Assembly: GCA_037443845.1 (NCBI GenBank)
Contig: JBBINO010000005.1
Span: 1-56,550 of the forward strand
DNA from: Acidobacteriota bacterium
Lineage (GTDB): Bacteria > Acidobacteriota > UBA4820 > DSQY01
Direction of reading: 5' to 3'
Length of the DNA stretch: 56,550 nucleotides
The translations under genes were made by a program, and so were the position numbers. This document shows, piece after piece, positions 18,795-26,818 of the stretch (position 1 is its first letter; every line of letters starts with the position of its first letter). The notes under the pieces are model-generated. The model ran no database searches, was not told where the DNA came from, and saw only the letters and a list, made by a program, of their open reading frames with translations.

Positions 18795-20380
18795 GCCTTT
18801 CCTCCGTTCGGAGAAACCCGCACCTTGACGCCGAAAACTTTCTCGAAGAGGTCCGATTTGCGCCGCAAGGCCCATCGCTCGAGGAGCAGGTCCCCCTCGC
18901 CGTCGAGGGCAATCTCCATCGCCCCGTTCTTCTCCGTGGCGAAAACCGACCTCACGCTCTGCCTGTGTTCTCGGTCGAGCGCGTCAGCGAGCCGGAGCAA
19001 GGCGGCGAGCACTTCGACCTTTCGCCTTTCGTCGCGGGCCAGGAGCGCGTACTCCTCGTGGCGCGGCTTCGGCCCGCCTTTCCTGTGGTACCTGGCGATC
19101 GTGGCGGCCAGGATCATCTCGCGAGGGGAGAACCCCGGCAGCTCCGAGTGGGCGATGATGTAGTAAGAATGCTTGTGGTGCGACTTGAAGCTGATGTAGG
19201 ACCCGATGTCGTGAAGGGCCGCGGCGGCCGTAAGAAGCCGCATTTCCATTGGGCCGTAGCCGTGCAGCCTCTCCGTCTGGCCGAAAAGCGAGGCCGCCAG
19301 CTTCGCGACGTGGAGCGCGTGCGACTCGTCGAAGAAATAGCGCCTGCCCAGCCCCGTCGCGCCGCGCATCGCCTGGCGGTCCTGCGAGCTTTCGTGGGAG
19401 GGTTTTTCGGTGAGCGTCTCCGCCAGGTCGTAGAGCACGCCTTCCCTCAGACCGACGTGGGGGACGTGAATTACGCCCGCGCCCGCCAGCTTGCCGAGCC
19501 TCTCGTAAACGATGGCCGCCGGCAAAACGACGTCGGCGCGGTCCTCCCCGAGGCCCATCTCGGCGATGCGCTGCCGGTATGAAAGACGGGCGAGTTTTTC
19601 GATGAGGCGGCGGAGCGATTCCATCGGGACCACGCTCACGCCTCTAGGCCCCGGCCTCTCGCCCGTAAGCGCCGCTATCGCTTCGGCGTTGCCTCCAGTG
19701 GCAATGTAGCCAAGCCGGGGTTGCGCGCCGCTGGCGGAAGGGATTTGAAGCGTCGAGGCGTATTCCTCGAGAAGCTTCATGAATCGCCCAGGATCCTCGC
19801 TGCCGCCCGAAAGTTCCTCAAGGAGCCTCACCGCTCCCATCGTATGGGACTCGCTCCAGAGGACGCCCGAGCCATCTGCGAGCGAGACCTCCACGCTTCC
19901 GCCGCCGAGGTCGGCAAGCAGCCATGCCTGGTCGCCCATCGGGATCCGCTGGCGGACGGCGAGGTGGACGAGCCTGGCCTCCTCGAAACCTGAAATCACT
20001 TCGAGGCCGAAGCCGGCCTCCTTGCGCGCCCGCTGCACGAAGCCCTCGCCGTTCATGCTCTCGCGCACGGCGCTCGTGGCGACGGCCCTGACGTGGCTAA
20101 TCTTGAGTTTGTCGAGCGTCCTTCTGAAGTTCGTCAGCGCCTGCACGGCGGCGTCCACGGCGCCTTTGGAGAGCTTGCCCGTGAGAAACACCTCGTGGCC
20201 TAGCCTCACGGCGACGCGCTCGGCGGCCAGGACGGAAAAGGCCCCGGGGGCCTGGAATTCCCCCGCCACGAAGCGGATTGCGTTGGAGCCGATGTCAACC
20301 GCCGCGGCGCGCAGCGGGAAAACAGCCTGGGGATTTTTCCCCAGCGGCGGCTCCTTCTTTGCCATCGGACCCGTTTTCAT
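18791..20380 (-). CDS. ppx: Exopolyphosphatase / pppGpp phosphohydrolase (Ppx/GppA) with C-terminal HD domain
   Basis: AVDIGSNAIR, ATSAVRE, EEARL, DLGGGSVE, GLREG, LHDIG, HHKHS, RLADALD. Confidence 0.93.
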   Translation of the reverse strand: MKTGPMAKKEPPLGKNPQAVFPLRAAAVDIGSNAIRFVAGEFQAPGAFSVLAAERVAVRLGHEVFLTGKLSKGAVDAAVQALTNFRRTLDKLKISHVRAVATSAVRESMNGEGFVQRARKEAGFGLEVISGFEEARLVHLAVRQRIPMGDQAWLLADLGGGSVEVSLADGSGVLWSESHTMGAVRLLEELSGGSEDPGRFMKLLEEYASTLQIPSASGAQPRLGYIATGGNAEAIAALTGERPGPRGVSVVPMESLRRLIEKLARLSYRQRIAEMGLGEDRADVVLPAAIVYERLGKLAGAGVIHVPHVGLREGVLYDLAETLTEKPSHESSQDRQAMRGATGLGRRYFFDESHALHVAKLAASLFGQTERLHGYGPMEMRLLTAAAALHDIGSYISFKSHHKHSYYIIAHSELPGFSPREMILAATIARYHRKGGPKPRHEEYALLARDERRKVEVLAALLRLADALDREHRQSVRSVFATEKNGAMEIALDGEGDLLLERWALRRKSDLFEKVFGVKVRVSPNGGKA

Positions 20381-20592
20381 GAGAGTTCAGCCCCTCTTCA
20401 CTTTCAAGCGTACCGCGTTTGCGCCCTATTGGCAAGCGTACGCCCGCCGATGCCGGCCCCCGCAATTTGTTTCGCTGCCGCAATGATATTGACATTAAGC
20501 AGCCAACCGGTTCGGGTATTCTGGCGCCGGTGAAGGCCCGCCGCGGGGCGAAGCGCTCCAGCATTAAAGGGCCCCCAAATAAGGAGGTGGCA

Positions 20593-21903
20593 ATGAAGAT
20601 AATGCTGAAGACCATGCTGGGAGCCGCCCTGCTCGCCCTCGCGAGCCTAGCCGCCGTGGCGCAGGAGGCGCAGGGGATGGACCCGCTCCTGAAGCTTCTC
20701 GTGGACAACAAGGTGATCACGATGGAGCAGGCGCAGGCGGTTCAGGCGCAGTACGACGCGCAAAAGGCGCAGAAGAAAGCCGAGGCAAAAACGCAGGTTA
20801 GCGAGGCGGTCACCGAGACGCTCAAGGCCAACCCGCCCAAGGCGGAGCTGCCAGATGCGCTCAAGGGCCTCAAAATAGGCGGGCTCTTCTACATCTCTTA
20901 CCAGAATGGCGACAAATATGCGGGGGTGGCAAACCAGACCGCGTCCTACAACGACTTTCTTCTGAAGCGCGGCTACTTGGACGTTCAGAAGGACATAACC
21001 CCCTATCTGAACGCTCGCTTCACGACCGACGTGACGCGCGATGCGACGGGCGACTGGAAGCCGCGCATCAAGTATCTGTATGGCAAGTTTCACTGGAGGG
21101 GGAACGAAGCCTTTTCGGCCCCTTACGCCGAGTTCGGCCAGGTCCACATCCCCTGGCTCGACTTCGAGGAGTCCATAAACGGCTTCAGGATGCAGGACGA
21201 GATGTTCATCGAGAGAAACGGCATCTTCAACAGCGCCGACATGGGCGTCATAGCCGGATCGAACTTCGGGAAGGACTTGCCCGATTCTTACAAGAAGGAT
21301 GTCAACGGCGCCTACGCTGGCAGCTACGGAAGCTGGCAGCTCGGCGTCTACACCGGCGCTGGATACCACGCCGCGGAGAACAACACGAACAAGGTCGTCG
21401 AGGCCCGCTTCAGCTACAGGCCGCTTCCAGACCTGGCGCCGGGGCTGCAGTTCAGCGTCTTCGGCATAAACGGGAAAGGCAACGTCGCGAAGATTCCAGG
21501 GAAGGAGCTTCCGGACTGGTCAACCTTCATCGGCATGGTATCCTACGAGTCCAAGCACTTCACTGGAACCGCCCAGTATTTCAACGGCAAGGGGAACCAG
21601 TCCGGCACGGCGCTCAACCTGGACGGTAGCGCCAGGAAGCAGAAGGGCTACTCGCTCTTCGCGAACGTGAGGCTTTTGGACAGCGCGAAGCTGGGGCTCA
21701 TCGGCAGGTTCGACCGCTTCGACCCCAACCCGGACGGGCTCAACGGGCCGGTTGACGACATACAGAAGACTACGATCGCCGGCGTCTCGTACACAATGTT
21801 CAAGCAGAACAAATGGCTCCTCGACTACCAGGTCAAGCAGCACGAAGACCCGAAGATTCCCAACGAGAAGCGAGTCCAGTTGACGCTGCAACTAAGTTTC
21901 TAG
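20593..21903 (+). CDS. Outer-membrane beta-barrel porin, possibly phosphate/polyanion-selective (OprO/P-like)
   Basis: AAGGAGG RBS; signal peptide; N-terminal helical/coiled segment; amphipathic beta strands with many Lys/Arg; C-terminal QLTLQLSF (BAM signal); divergent from ppx. Confidence 0.7.
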   Translation: MKIMLKTMLGAALLALASLAAVAQEAQGMDPLLKLLVDNKVITMEQAQAVQAQYDAQKAQKKAEAKTQVSEAVTETLKANPPKAELPDALKGLKIGGLFYISYQNGDKYAGVANQTASYNDFLLKRGYLDVQKDITPYLNARFTTDVTRDATGDWKPRIKYLYGKFHWRGNEAFSAPYAEFGQVHIPWLDFEESINGFRMQDEMFIERNGIFNSADMGVIAGSNFGKDLPDSYKKDVNGAYAGSYGSWQLGVYTGAGYHAAENNTNKVVEARFSYRPLPDLAPGLQFSVFGINGKGNVAKIPGKELPDWSTFIGMVSYESKHFTGTAQYFNGKGNQSGTALNLDGSARKQKGYSLFANVRLLDSAKLGLIGRFDRFDPNPDGLNGPVDDIQKTTIAGVSYTMFKQNKWLLDYQVKQHEDPKIPNEKRVQLTLQLSF

Positions 21904-21932
21904 GCAATCCTCCATTGGCTTCCTCGATTCGA

Positions 21933-21966
21933 GGCGGCAGGCCGTAGCGGGCCCGCCGCCCTTTTT
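21933..21966 (+). terminator. Rho-independent terminator after the porin gene
   Basis: ggcggc...gccgcc GC stem followed by cttttt. Confidence 0.65.
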
Positions 21967-22002
21967 GTCTTCGCCAGGGCCATTCGCCGCTTCCGCCTGA
22001 AT

Positions 22003-22031
22003 TTGACAAGCGGCCCCACAAGGCCTATTCT
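22003..22031 (+). promoter_or_regulatory. Sigma70 promoter
   Basis: TTGACA-N17-TATTCT, 27 nt upstream of GTG 22059. Confidence 0.7.
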
Positions 22032-22058
22032 CTCGTTGGTGGGGGCAAAGGCGAAGCG

Positions 22059-22745
22059 GTGGATCACGTAGTTGTCCTTATCTCACATTCTGGCATGGAC
22101 GGCTGGTGGAGGAACACCGTGCTTTCGCGGCCCGATGTCGAGGTCCACGACGCCACCGATTACCGCCAGGGGGAGAAACTCGCGCTTTCGTTGCGGCGGG
22201 GCCTCGTGGTGGCCGAGGAATGGCCGAAGGCGACGGGGTTTCTGGAGTTCGTGCGCAAGACGGCCGCTTCGCCATCGTGCGGCCGCGATTTCAGTCTTCT
22301 CCTGCTCACTCCGTCAATATCCATAGAGGAGTTGGGGCCCTCGGTTTTCGGAGTGCTTCCTTCCCCTTGCAGCGTCGAGAAGGCGAACGAGGCGCTGATC
22401 TCGGCGCTCGGGCTGACGGTCCGCGCCGGGGCGAGGCGCCAGGTAAGGATTTACGTCAACGCGCTGCACGCGCCGGGCTCCGTTTACGGAACGGCCGTCA
22501 CGCTTTCGGTGAACGCCGGCGGGATGGTGGTGGAAAGCGCGCAACATTTGCCGGCCGGGCGGCTTTTCTTTTGGGCGTTCCAGGGGATTTCGACTCTCGA
22601 CGGCCTCGTGATTCCAGGCACGGTCCTCAGGCGGGAAGGGACGCCCCAATTGACGCGCGTTTTTCGCTACGCCGTCGGTTTCGACCCCAAGGCCGCGATT
22701 GAAGTGGCACGGCTTGAAACGTACCTGGCCGAGATGAACTCCTGA
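22059..22745 (+). CDS. Degenerate receiver-like domain plus PilZ-like domain protein
   Basis: RAGAR (RxxxR) followed by SVNAGGM (degenerate D/NxSxxG) and beta strands ending in YAVGF. Confidence 0.55.
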   Translation: MDHVVVLISHSGMDGWWRNTVLSRPDVEVHDATDYRQGEKLALSLRRGLVVAEEWPKATGFLEFVRKTAASPSCGRDFSLLLLTPSISIEELGPSVFGVLPSPCSVEKANEALISALGLTVRAGARRQVRIYVNALHAPGSVYGTAVTLSVNAGGMVVESAQHLPAGRLFFWAFQGISTLDGLVIPGTVLRREGTPQLTRVFRYAVGFDPKAAIEVARLETYLAEMNS

Positions 22746-22760
22746 CGCCAGCCGGTTTCG

Positions 22761-23510
22761 CTACAGGGCCGCGGCCAGCCCGGGAAGCCTCTCCTGCCGC
22801 CTGACCAGAATCGCCTTCATCTCCGAGACGGCCTCCTTCAATCCGGTGAAGATCGCGCGCGCCAGAATGGAGTGGCCGATGTTCAGCTCGTCAATGACCG
22901 GTATGGCCGCAATCGGGGCGGTGTTCCTGTAATTCAGGGCGTGGCCGGCCAGAACCGCAAGCCCGAGCTTGGCGGCCATCCTCGCCGCCTCGTCCACCGA
23001 CTTGAGCGCCGCGGCTTGGCTCGCGTCGGTTCTCGCCGTTGCGTAGGCGTTCGTGTTTATCTCGATGGCGTTCGCTCCGGCCTTGTGGGCCGCGCGGATC
23101 TGGTCGAGCGACGCGTCAACGAAGATGCTCACCCGGATGTTTAGCGACGAAAGGCGCGACACCACCTGCCTCACGTGGCCCTCGTTGAGGATCACGTCAA
23201 GTCCTCCTTGAGTGGTCACCTCGTTCGGCTGCTCCGGGACCAGCGTGACCTGCCACGGCTGGACCGAGGCCGCCATCTCGACCATTGCCGAGGTGGCAGC
23301 CATTTCGATGTTGAGCTTCGTGGAGATGGCTTGTTTGAGCAGCTCGACGTCGCGGTCCTGGATGTGCCTGCGGTCCTGGCGAAGGTGAACCGTGATCCCG
23401 TCGGCGCCCCCCAGCTCGCAAAGAACGGCGGCGTGCACCGGGTCCGGTTCGATTCCCATCCTGGCCTGCCTCAACGTCGCCACGTGGTCTATGTTCACTC
23501 CGAGCTTCAT
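22761..23510 (-). CDS. pdxJ: Pyridoxine 5'-phosphate synthase
   Basis: LGVNIDHVATLRQAR, GADGITVHLRQDRRHI, ELNIGHSI. Confidence 0.97.
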   Translation of the reverse strand: MKLGVNIDHVATLRQARMGIEPDPVHAAVLCELGGADGITVHLRQDRRHIQDRDVELLKQAISTKLNIEMAATSAMVEMAASVQPWQVTLVPEQPNEVTTQGGLDVILNEGHVRQVVSRLSSLNIRVSIFVDASLDQIRAAHKAGANAIEINTNAYATARTDASQAAALKSVDEAARMAAKLGLAVLAGHALNYRNTAPIAAIPVIDELNIGHSILARAIFTGLKEAVSEMKAILVRRQERLPGLAAAL

Positions 23511-24865
23511 GCGGGCACCTCCGCCTTTCCCAATTCCCTGTATAGGACCACGGACAGGCGCTCCAGCACGCCGTTCACCTGCCCGTCGGTTTTCGCCTCG
23601 GCCATTAGCCGCAAGAGGGGCTCGGTACCGGAGAACCTGATGACTATCCTTCCGTCATGGCCCAGCGCTTCCGTCTCTTTTGCGAGCGCCGCCTGGATGG
23701 CCCCGTTCTCGGCCAGGTCGCACCGGCGCGAGACGCGAAGGTTCACCATCCTCTGCGGGAAGGGCACTATGCCGGACGAAAGCGCCGAGGCGTCGCCGTA
23801 GCGCCTGGCGTGCGCGGCGAAAACCATTCCCGTGTAAAGCCCGTCTCCAGTGGTCACTTCATCCAGAAACAGGACGTGGCCGGAGGGCTCGCCACCCAAA
23901 AGGGCGCCCCTGTCCTGCAAGCACGATAGAACGTAACGGTCGCCGACCGGCGCCCTGTAGAATCTCAATTTGTTCCTGCCAAGCGCCTGCTCGATCCAGA
24001 GGTTGCTCATCACCGTTCCGACCACCCAGTTGCCGGACAGGCGGTCTTCCGTCTTTCGCAGGAGAGCGTCGTGGTATAGGACGTAGTCGCCGTCGAGCAC
24101 CTCGCCGCCCGGGCCGGCGGCCAGGCACCTGTCCGCGTCGCCGTCGAAGGCGAGGCCCAGCCGCGCCCCGCGCGCCCTGACCTCGCGGGAGAGGTTCTCG
24201 AGGTGAAGGCTGCCGCACTTCTCGTTTATGTTGGTTCCGTTCGGGGCGCAGGCGGTCTTGATGACGCTGGCGCCGAGCTTTTCAAAGAGTGCTGGCGCTA
24301 GCCGGAAGGCGGCGCCGTTGGCGCAATCGAGCACGATCTTCCAGCCATCGAGGCTGGGGCCGCGCCACTTCGACAAGAGCCACAGAAGGTACTCTTCGCC
24401 GAATTGGCTTTCGGTCGCCGGAAGCCCCGCAGCGTCGCCGCCCGCGAGGACCTCCTGCTCCAGAATCTTGAGGAAGGCCTCCTCGACCGAGGTCTCGGTC
24501 TCGTCCGGAAGCTTGAACCCAGTCGGGCCGAAGAACTTGATGCCGTTGTCCCTGTATGGGTTGTGAGACGCCGAAATCACCGCGCCGAGCGTGAACCTGT
24601 GCGCCAAGGTCAAGTGGGCCACCGCCGGCGTGGGAAGGATTCCCGCGTAGTGGCATTCGACTCCCGCGGCGGCCAAGCCCTCCGCCAGGCAGGCGGCGAG
24701 CCAAGGCCCAGACTCCCTGGTGTCCGCCGCTATGAGCGCCGTCGCGCCCCGGCGCCCTAGGACCTCGCCCGCCGCCAGCCCGAGAGCCGTCACGGCGCGC
24801 CTGTCCAGGGGGAACTCTCCAGCCACGCCGCGCACGCCGTCGGTGCCGAAGAATTTACGGCTCAA
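23507..24865 (-). CDS. glmM: Phosphoglucosamine mutase
   Basis: FGTDGVRG, ISASHNP..DNGIK, AFDGDADR, GGEPSGH, RFSGTEP. Confidence 0.96.
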   Translation of the reverse strand: MSRKFFGTDGVRGVAGEFPLDRRAVTALGLAAGEVLGRRGATALIAADTRESGPWLAACLAEGLAAAGVECHYAGILPTPAVAHLTLAHRFTLGAVISASHNPYRDNGIKFFGPTGFKLPDETETSVEEAFLKILEQEVLAGGDAAGLPATESQFGEEYLLWLLSKWRGPSLDGWKIVLDCANGAAFRLAPALFEKLGASVIKTACAPNGTNINEKCGSLHLENLSREVRARGARLGLAFDGDADRCLAAGPGGEVLDGDYVLYHDALLRKTEDRLSGNWVVGTVMSNLWIEQALGRNKLRFYRAPVGDRYVLSCLQDRGALLGGEPSGHVLFLDEVTTGDGLYTGMVFAAHARRYGDASALSSGIVPFPQRMVNLRVSRRCDLAENGAIQAALAKETEALGHDGRIVIRFSGTEPLLRLMAEAKTDGQVNGVLERLSVVLYRELGKAEVPA

Positions 24866-25854
24866 GGCCTTGTCCCTGGAGAGGGGGCGTCAATCTTCAC
24901 CTGGACGAACCGTTGGATCCACGACGTGATTTCCACCTTGCCGGATAGAGACTGGCCGGCCAGCCTCACGGCCGGCCTGAGCTGGTATGGCGCCGGGGCC
25001 GGAGAGAGCCCGCGCAGGTTTATCTCCGCCTCGATATCGGAAGGCCGCATGGCCGCCACGGCTGATTCGGGGCCTTCGACCATCACTTTGAGCGAAGGCG
25101 GGTCAACGGTGACGGTCCATCCCGGCGCCGCTCCCGTCACCGAAATGGCCACCGGCATTATCGAGCGCTGCGCGCGCTGCTCGCCGACGCGGACCCGCAG
25201 GTGGTAAGTCTGCGGGTCCACCACGCTGATTTCCGAATCCGGCGGGATGGGTATCACGGCCGTGTCGAAATCCTGGACGCGTCCTTCGACCGGAACTGGC
25301 TGCGTCTGGATGTGGCCGAGATGCGCGAGCGTTCCCTCCGGCCCCTCGACGGTCACCTGGGCCGGCTCGATAGTCCAGGAAAGTATCTGAAGCCCCCTGG
25401 GGACGCGGCCGGCGAAGTTCGGTTCCAGAGGGAGGCTCTTTCGGACGCGCTTGTCCAGCGTGAAGTGGATCGTGGCGGGGATGACCTTCACGAGTTCTAT
25501 TGATGATGGAAGGCGTATGTTCTCGCTCCCCATTTCGTAAACCTGAGGCCCCAGATTCATGTGGGAGAGGTCAACCTTCGCCTCGATGTCCTCCTCTCGA
25601 ACCCGCCTCAAAAGGTCTGGGGTGCCACGCACCTCCACGGTCAGGCGCGAGTGGAGAATGTCCCCCGTGACGACCTGGTTTTGAGCCGCCCCGACGAACT
25701 GGAGAGGAACCGAGAAGTCCTTGACGGAGCGTTCCTGGCCCACCGTGAAAGCCCAATAGAGGGCCGCCACGGCCAGAGACAACAGCAGAAGCAGCGCCGC
25801 CTGGGAATCCGGGATGAAGCTGTCAAGAGGAGGCGGCAGGCGTCTCAATCGCAC
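24862..25854 (-). CDS. cdaR: CdaR/YbbR-domain regulator of diadenylate cyclase
   Basis: N-terminal TM helix, then three repeats resembling P..VTVEGP..; located between cdaA and glmM. Confidence 0.88.
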   Translation of the reverse strand: MRLRRLPPPLDSFIPDSQAALLLLLSLAVAALYWAFTVGQERSVKDFSVPLQFVGAAQNQVVTGDILHSRLTVEVRGTPDLLRRVREEDIEAKVDLSHMNLGPQVYEMGSENIRLPSSIELVKVIPATIHFTLDKRVRKSLPLEPNFAGRVPRGLQILSWTIEPAQVTVEGPEGTLAHLGHIQTQPVPVEGRVQDFDTAVIPIPPDSEISVVDPQTYHLRVRVGEQRAQRSIMPVAISVTGAAPGWTVTVDPPSLKVMVEGPESAVAAMRPSDIEAEINLRGLSPAPAPYQLRPAVRLAGQSLSGKVEITSWIQRFVQVKIDAPSPGTRP

Positions 25855-26626
25855 CTTTCTTCCCTCCTGACAAGTTGGCGCAAAGAAGAGTTTTCAACTG
25901 CGCCTCGGTTTCCATCGGCTCGAACTCGCCCTCCTTGACTAGCGTGACCGTTCCGCGCTCCTCCGAAACCACGACGCAGAGAGCGTCGGTGGTCTCGGTG
26001 ATTCCAGCGGCCGCCCTGTGGCGAGTGCCAAGCTCCATGGGCAGTGGCTGCGCCGTCAGCGGCAGAAAGCAGCCCGCCGCGGCTATCTGTCCTTCGGAAA
26101 TTATGACCGCGCCGTCGTGAAGCGGCGTTCCAGGATAGAAAATCGTCATCAACAGGTCGGCCCCCGCCTCGGCGCCGACGGGGACGCCGCTCTCGGCGAA
26201 GTTCTTGAGCCCCTGCGTCTGCTCCAGCACGACCAGCGCCCCGTGCCGCCTGCCGGCGAGGGCGAAACATGCGCGGGCCACTTCGTCGGCGCAGCGCGCC
26301 GCCGTCTTCCGCAGGACCTTTTGTCCGAAGAAAACCCCGCCCAGGGCGGCCAGCGCCCGCCTGATCGTGTCCCTGAATAGGACGATGACGGCGAACGGAA
26401 TGTAGAAGAGGACGTTCTGCAGGAGCCTCTGCGTCGAAGTCATGTGGAGCCAGCCAGCGGCGAAGTTGGCGGCGATCAGCGCCAGCACGCCGGCCATCAT
26501 CTGCGCGGCGCGCGTCCCGCGGACGTGCGTCAGCGCGTAATATACGAGGAGCGCCACGGCGAGGATGTCCAATGCGTCGTACCAATGGAATCCCCGAACA
26601 ACGATGGCCCTCCAAGCCGTCTCCAC
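25823..26626 (-). CDS. cdaA: Diadenylate cyclase CdaA/DacA
   Basis: Three N-terminal TM helices, then PLHDGAVII, GTRHRAA and VVSEERG. Confidence 0.95.
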   Translation of the reverse strand: METAWRAIVVRGFHWYDALDILAVALLVYYALTHVRGTRAAQMMAGVLALIAANFAAGWLHMTSTQRLLQNVLFYIPFAVIVLFRDTIRRALAALGGVFFGQKVLRKTAARCADEVARACFALAGRRHGALVVLEQTQGLKNFAESGVPVGAEAGADLLMTIFYPGTPLHDGAVIISEGQIAAAGCFLPLTAQPLPMELGTRHRAAAGITETTDALCVVVSEERGTVTLVKEGEFEPMETEAQLKTLLCANLSGGKKGAIETPAASS

Positions 26627-26648
26627 GAAGAGACCTCCTTAGGCTTCC

Positions 26649-26677
26649 ATTATCTTCCGCAAAGAAGGCCGGGTCAA
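26649..26677 (-). promoter_or_regulatory. Sigma70 promoter of cdaA-cdaR-glmM-pdxJ
   Basis: Minus strand TTGACC-N17-GATAAT, then AAGGAGG and GTG 26626. Confidence 0.6.
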
Positions 26678-26818
26678 GAAAAGCGAGAGCCGGAAACGAA
26701 TGTTGGCGAACCGGCAGGTGCCCCGGAGGGCGCGGAAAGCCGGGCCGTCCGCCGTGCCTCTAGGCGGTCCGGCCCTTACCGGCGAATGGATCGCGCCGCT
26801 CTCCCGCGTCCTCCTCCG

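Noticed and set aside
20480-20522. Pho box or sigma70 promoter upstream of the porin
   Set aside because: TTGACA is present but the nearest TATTCT is 22 nt away, and no clear 11-bp direct repeat could be read.
26627-26818. c-di-AMP (ydaO) riboswitch upstream of cdaA
   Set aside because: GC hairpins exist but the ydaO consensus elements were not recognisable, and the putative promoter sits only about 20 nt from the start codon.
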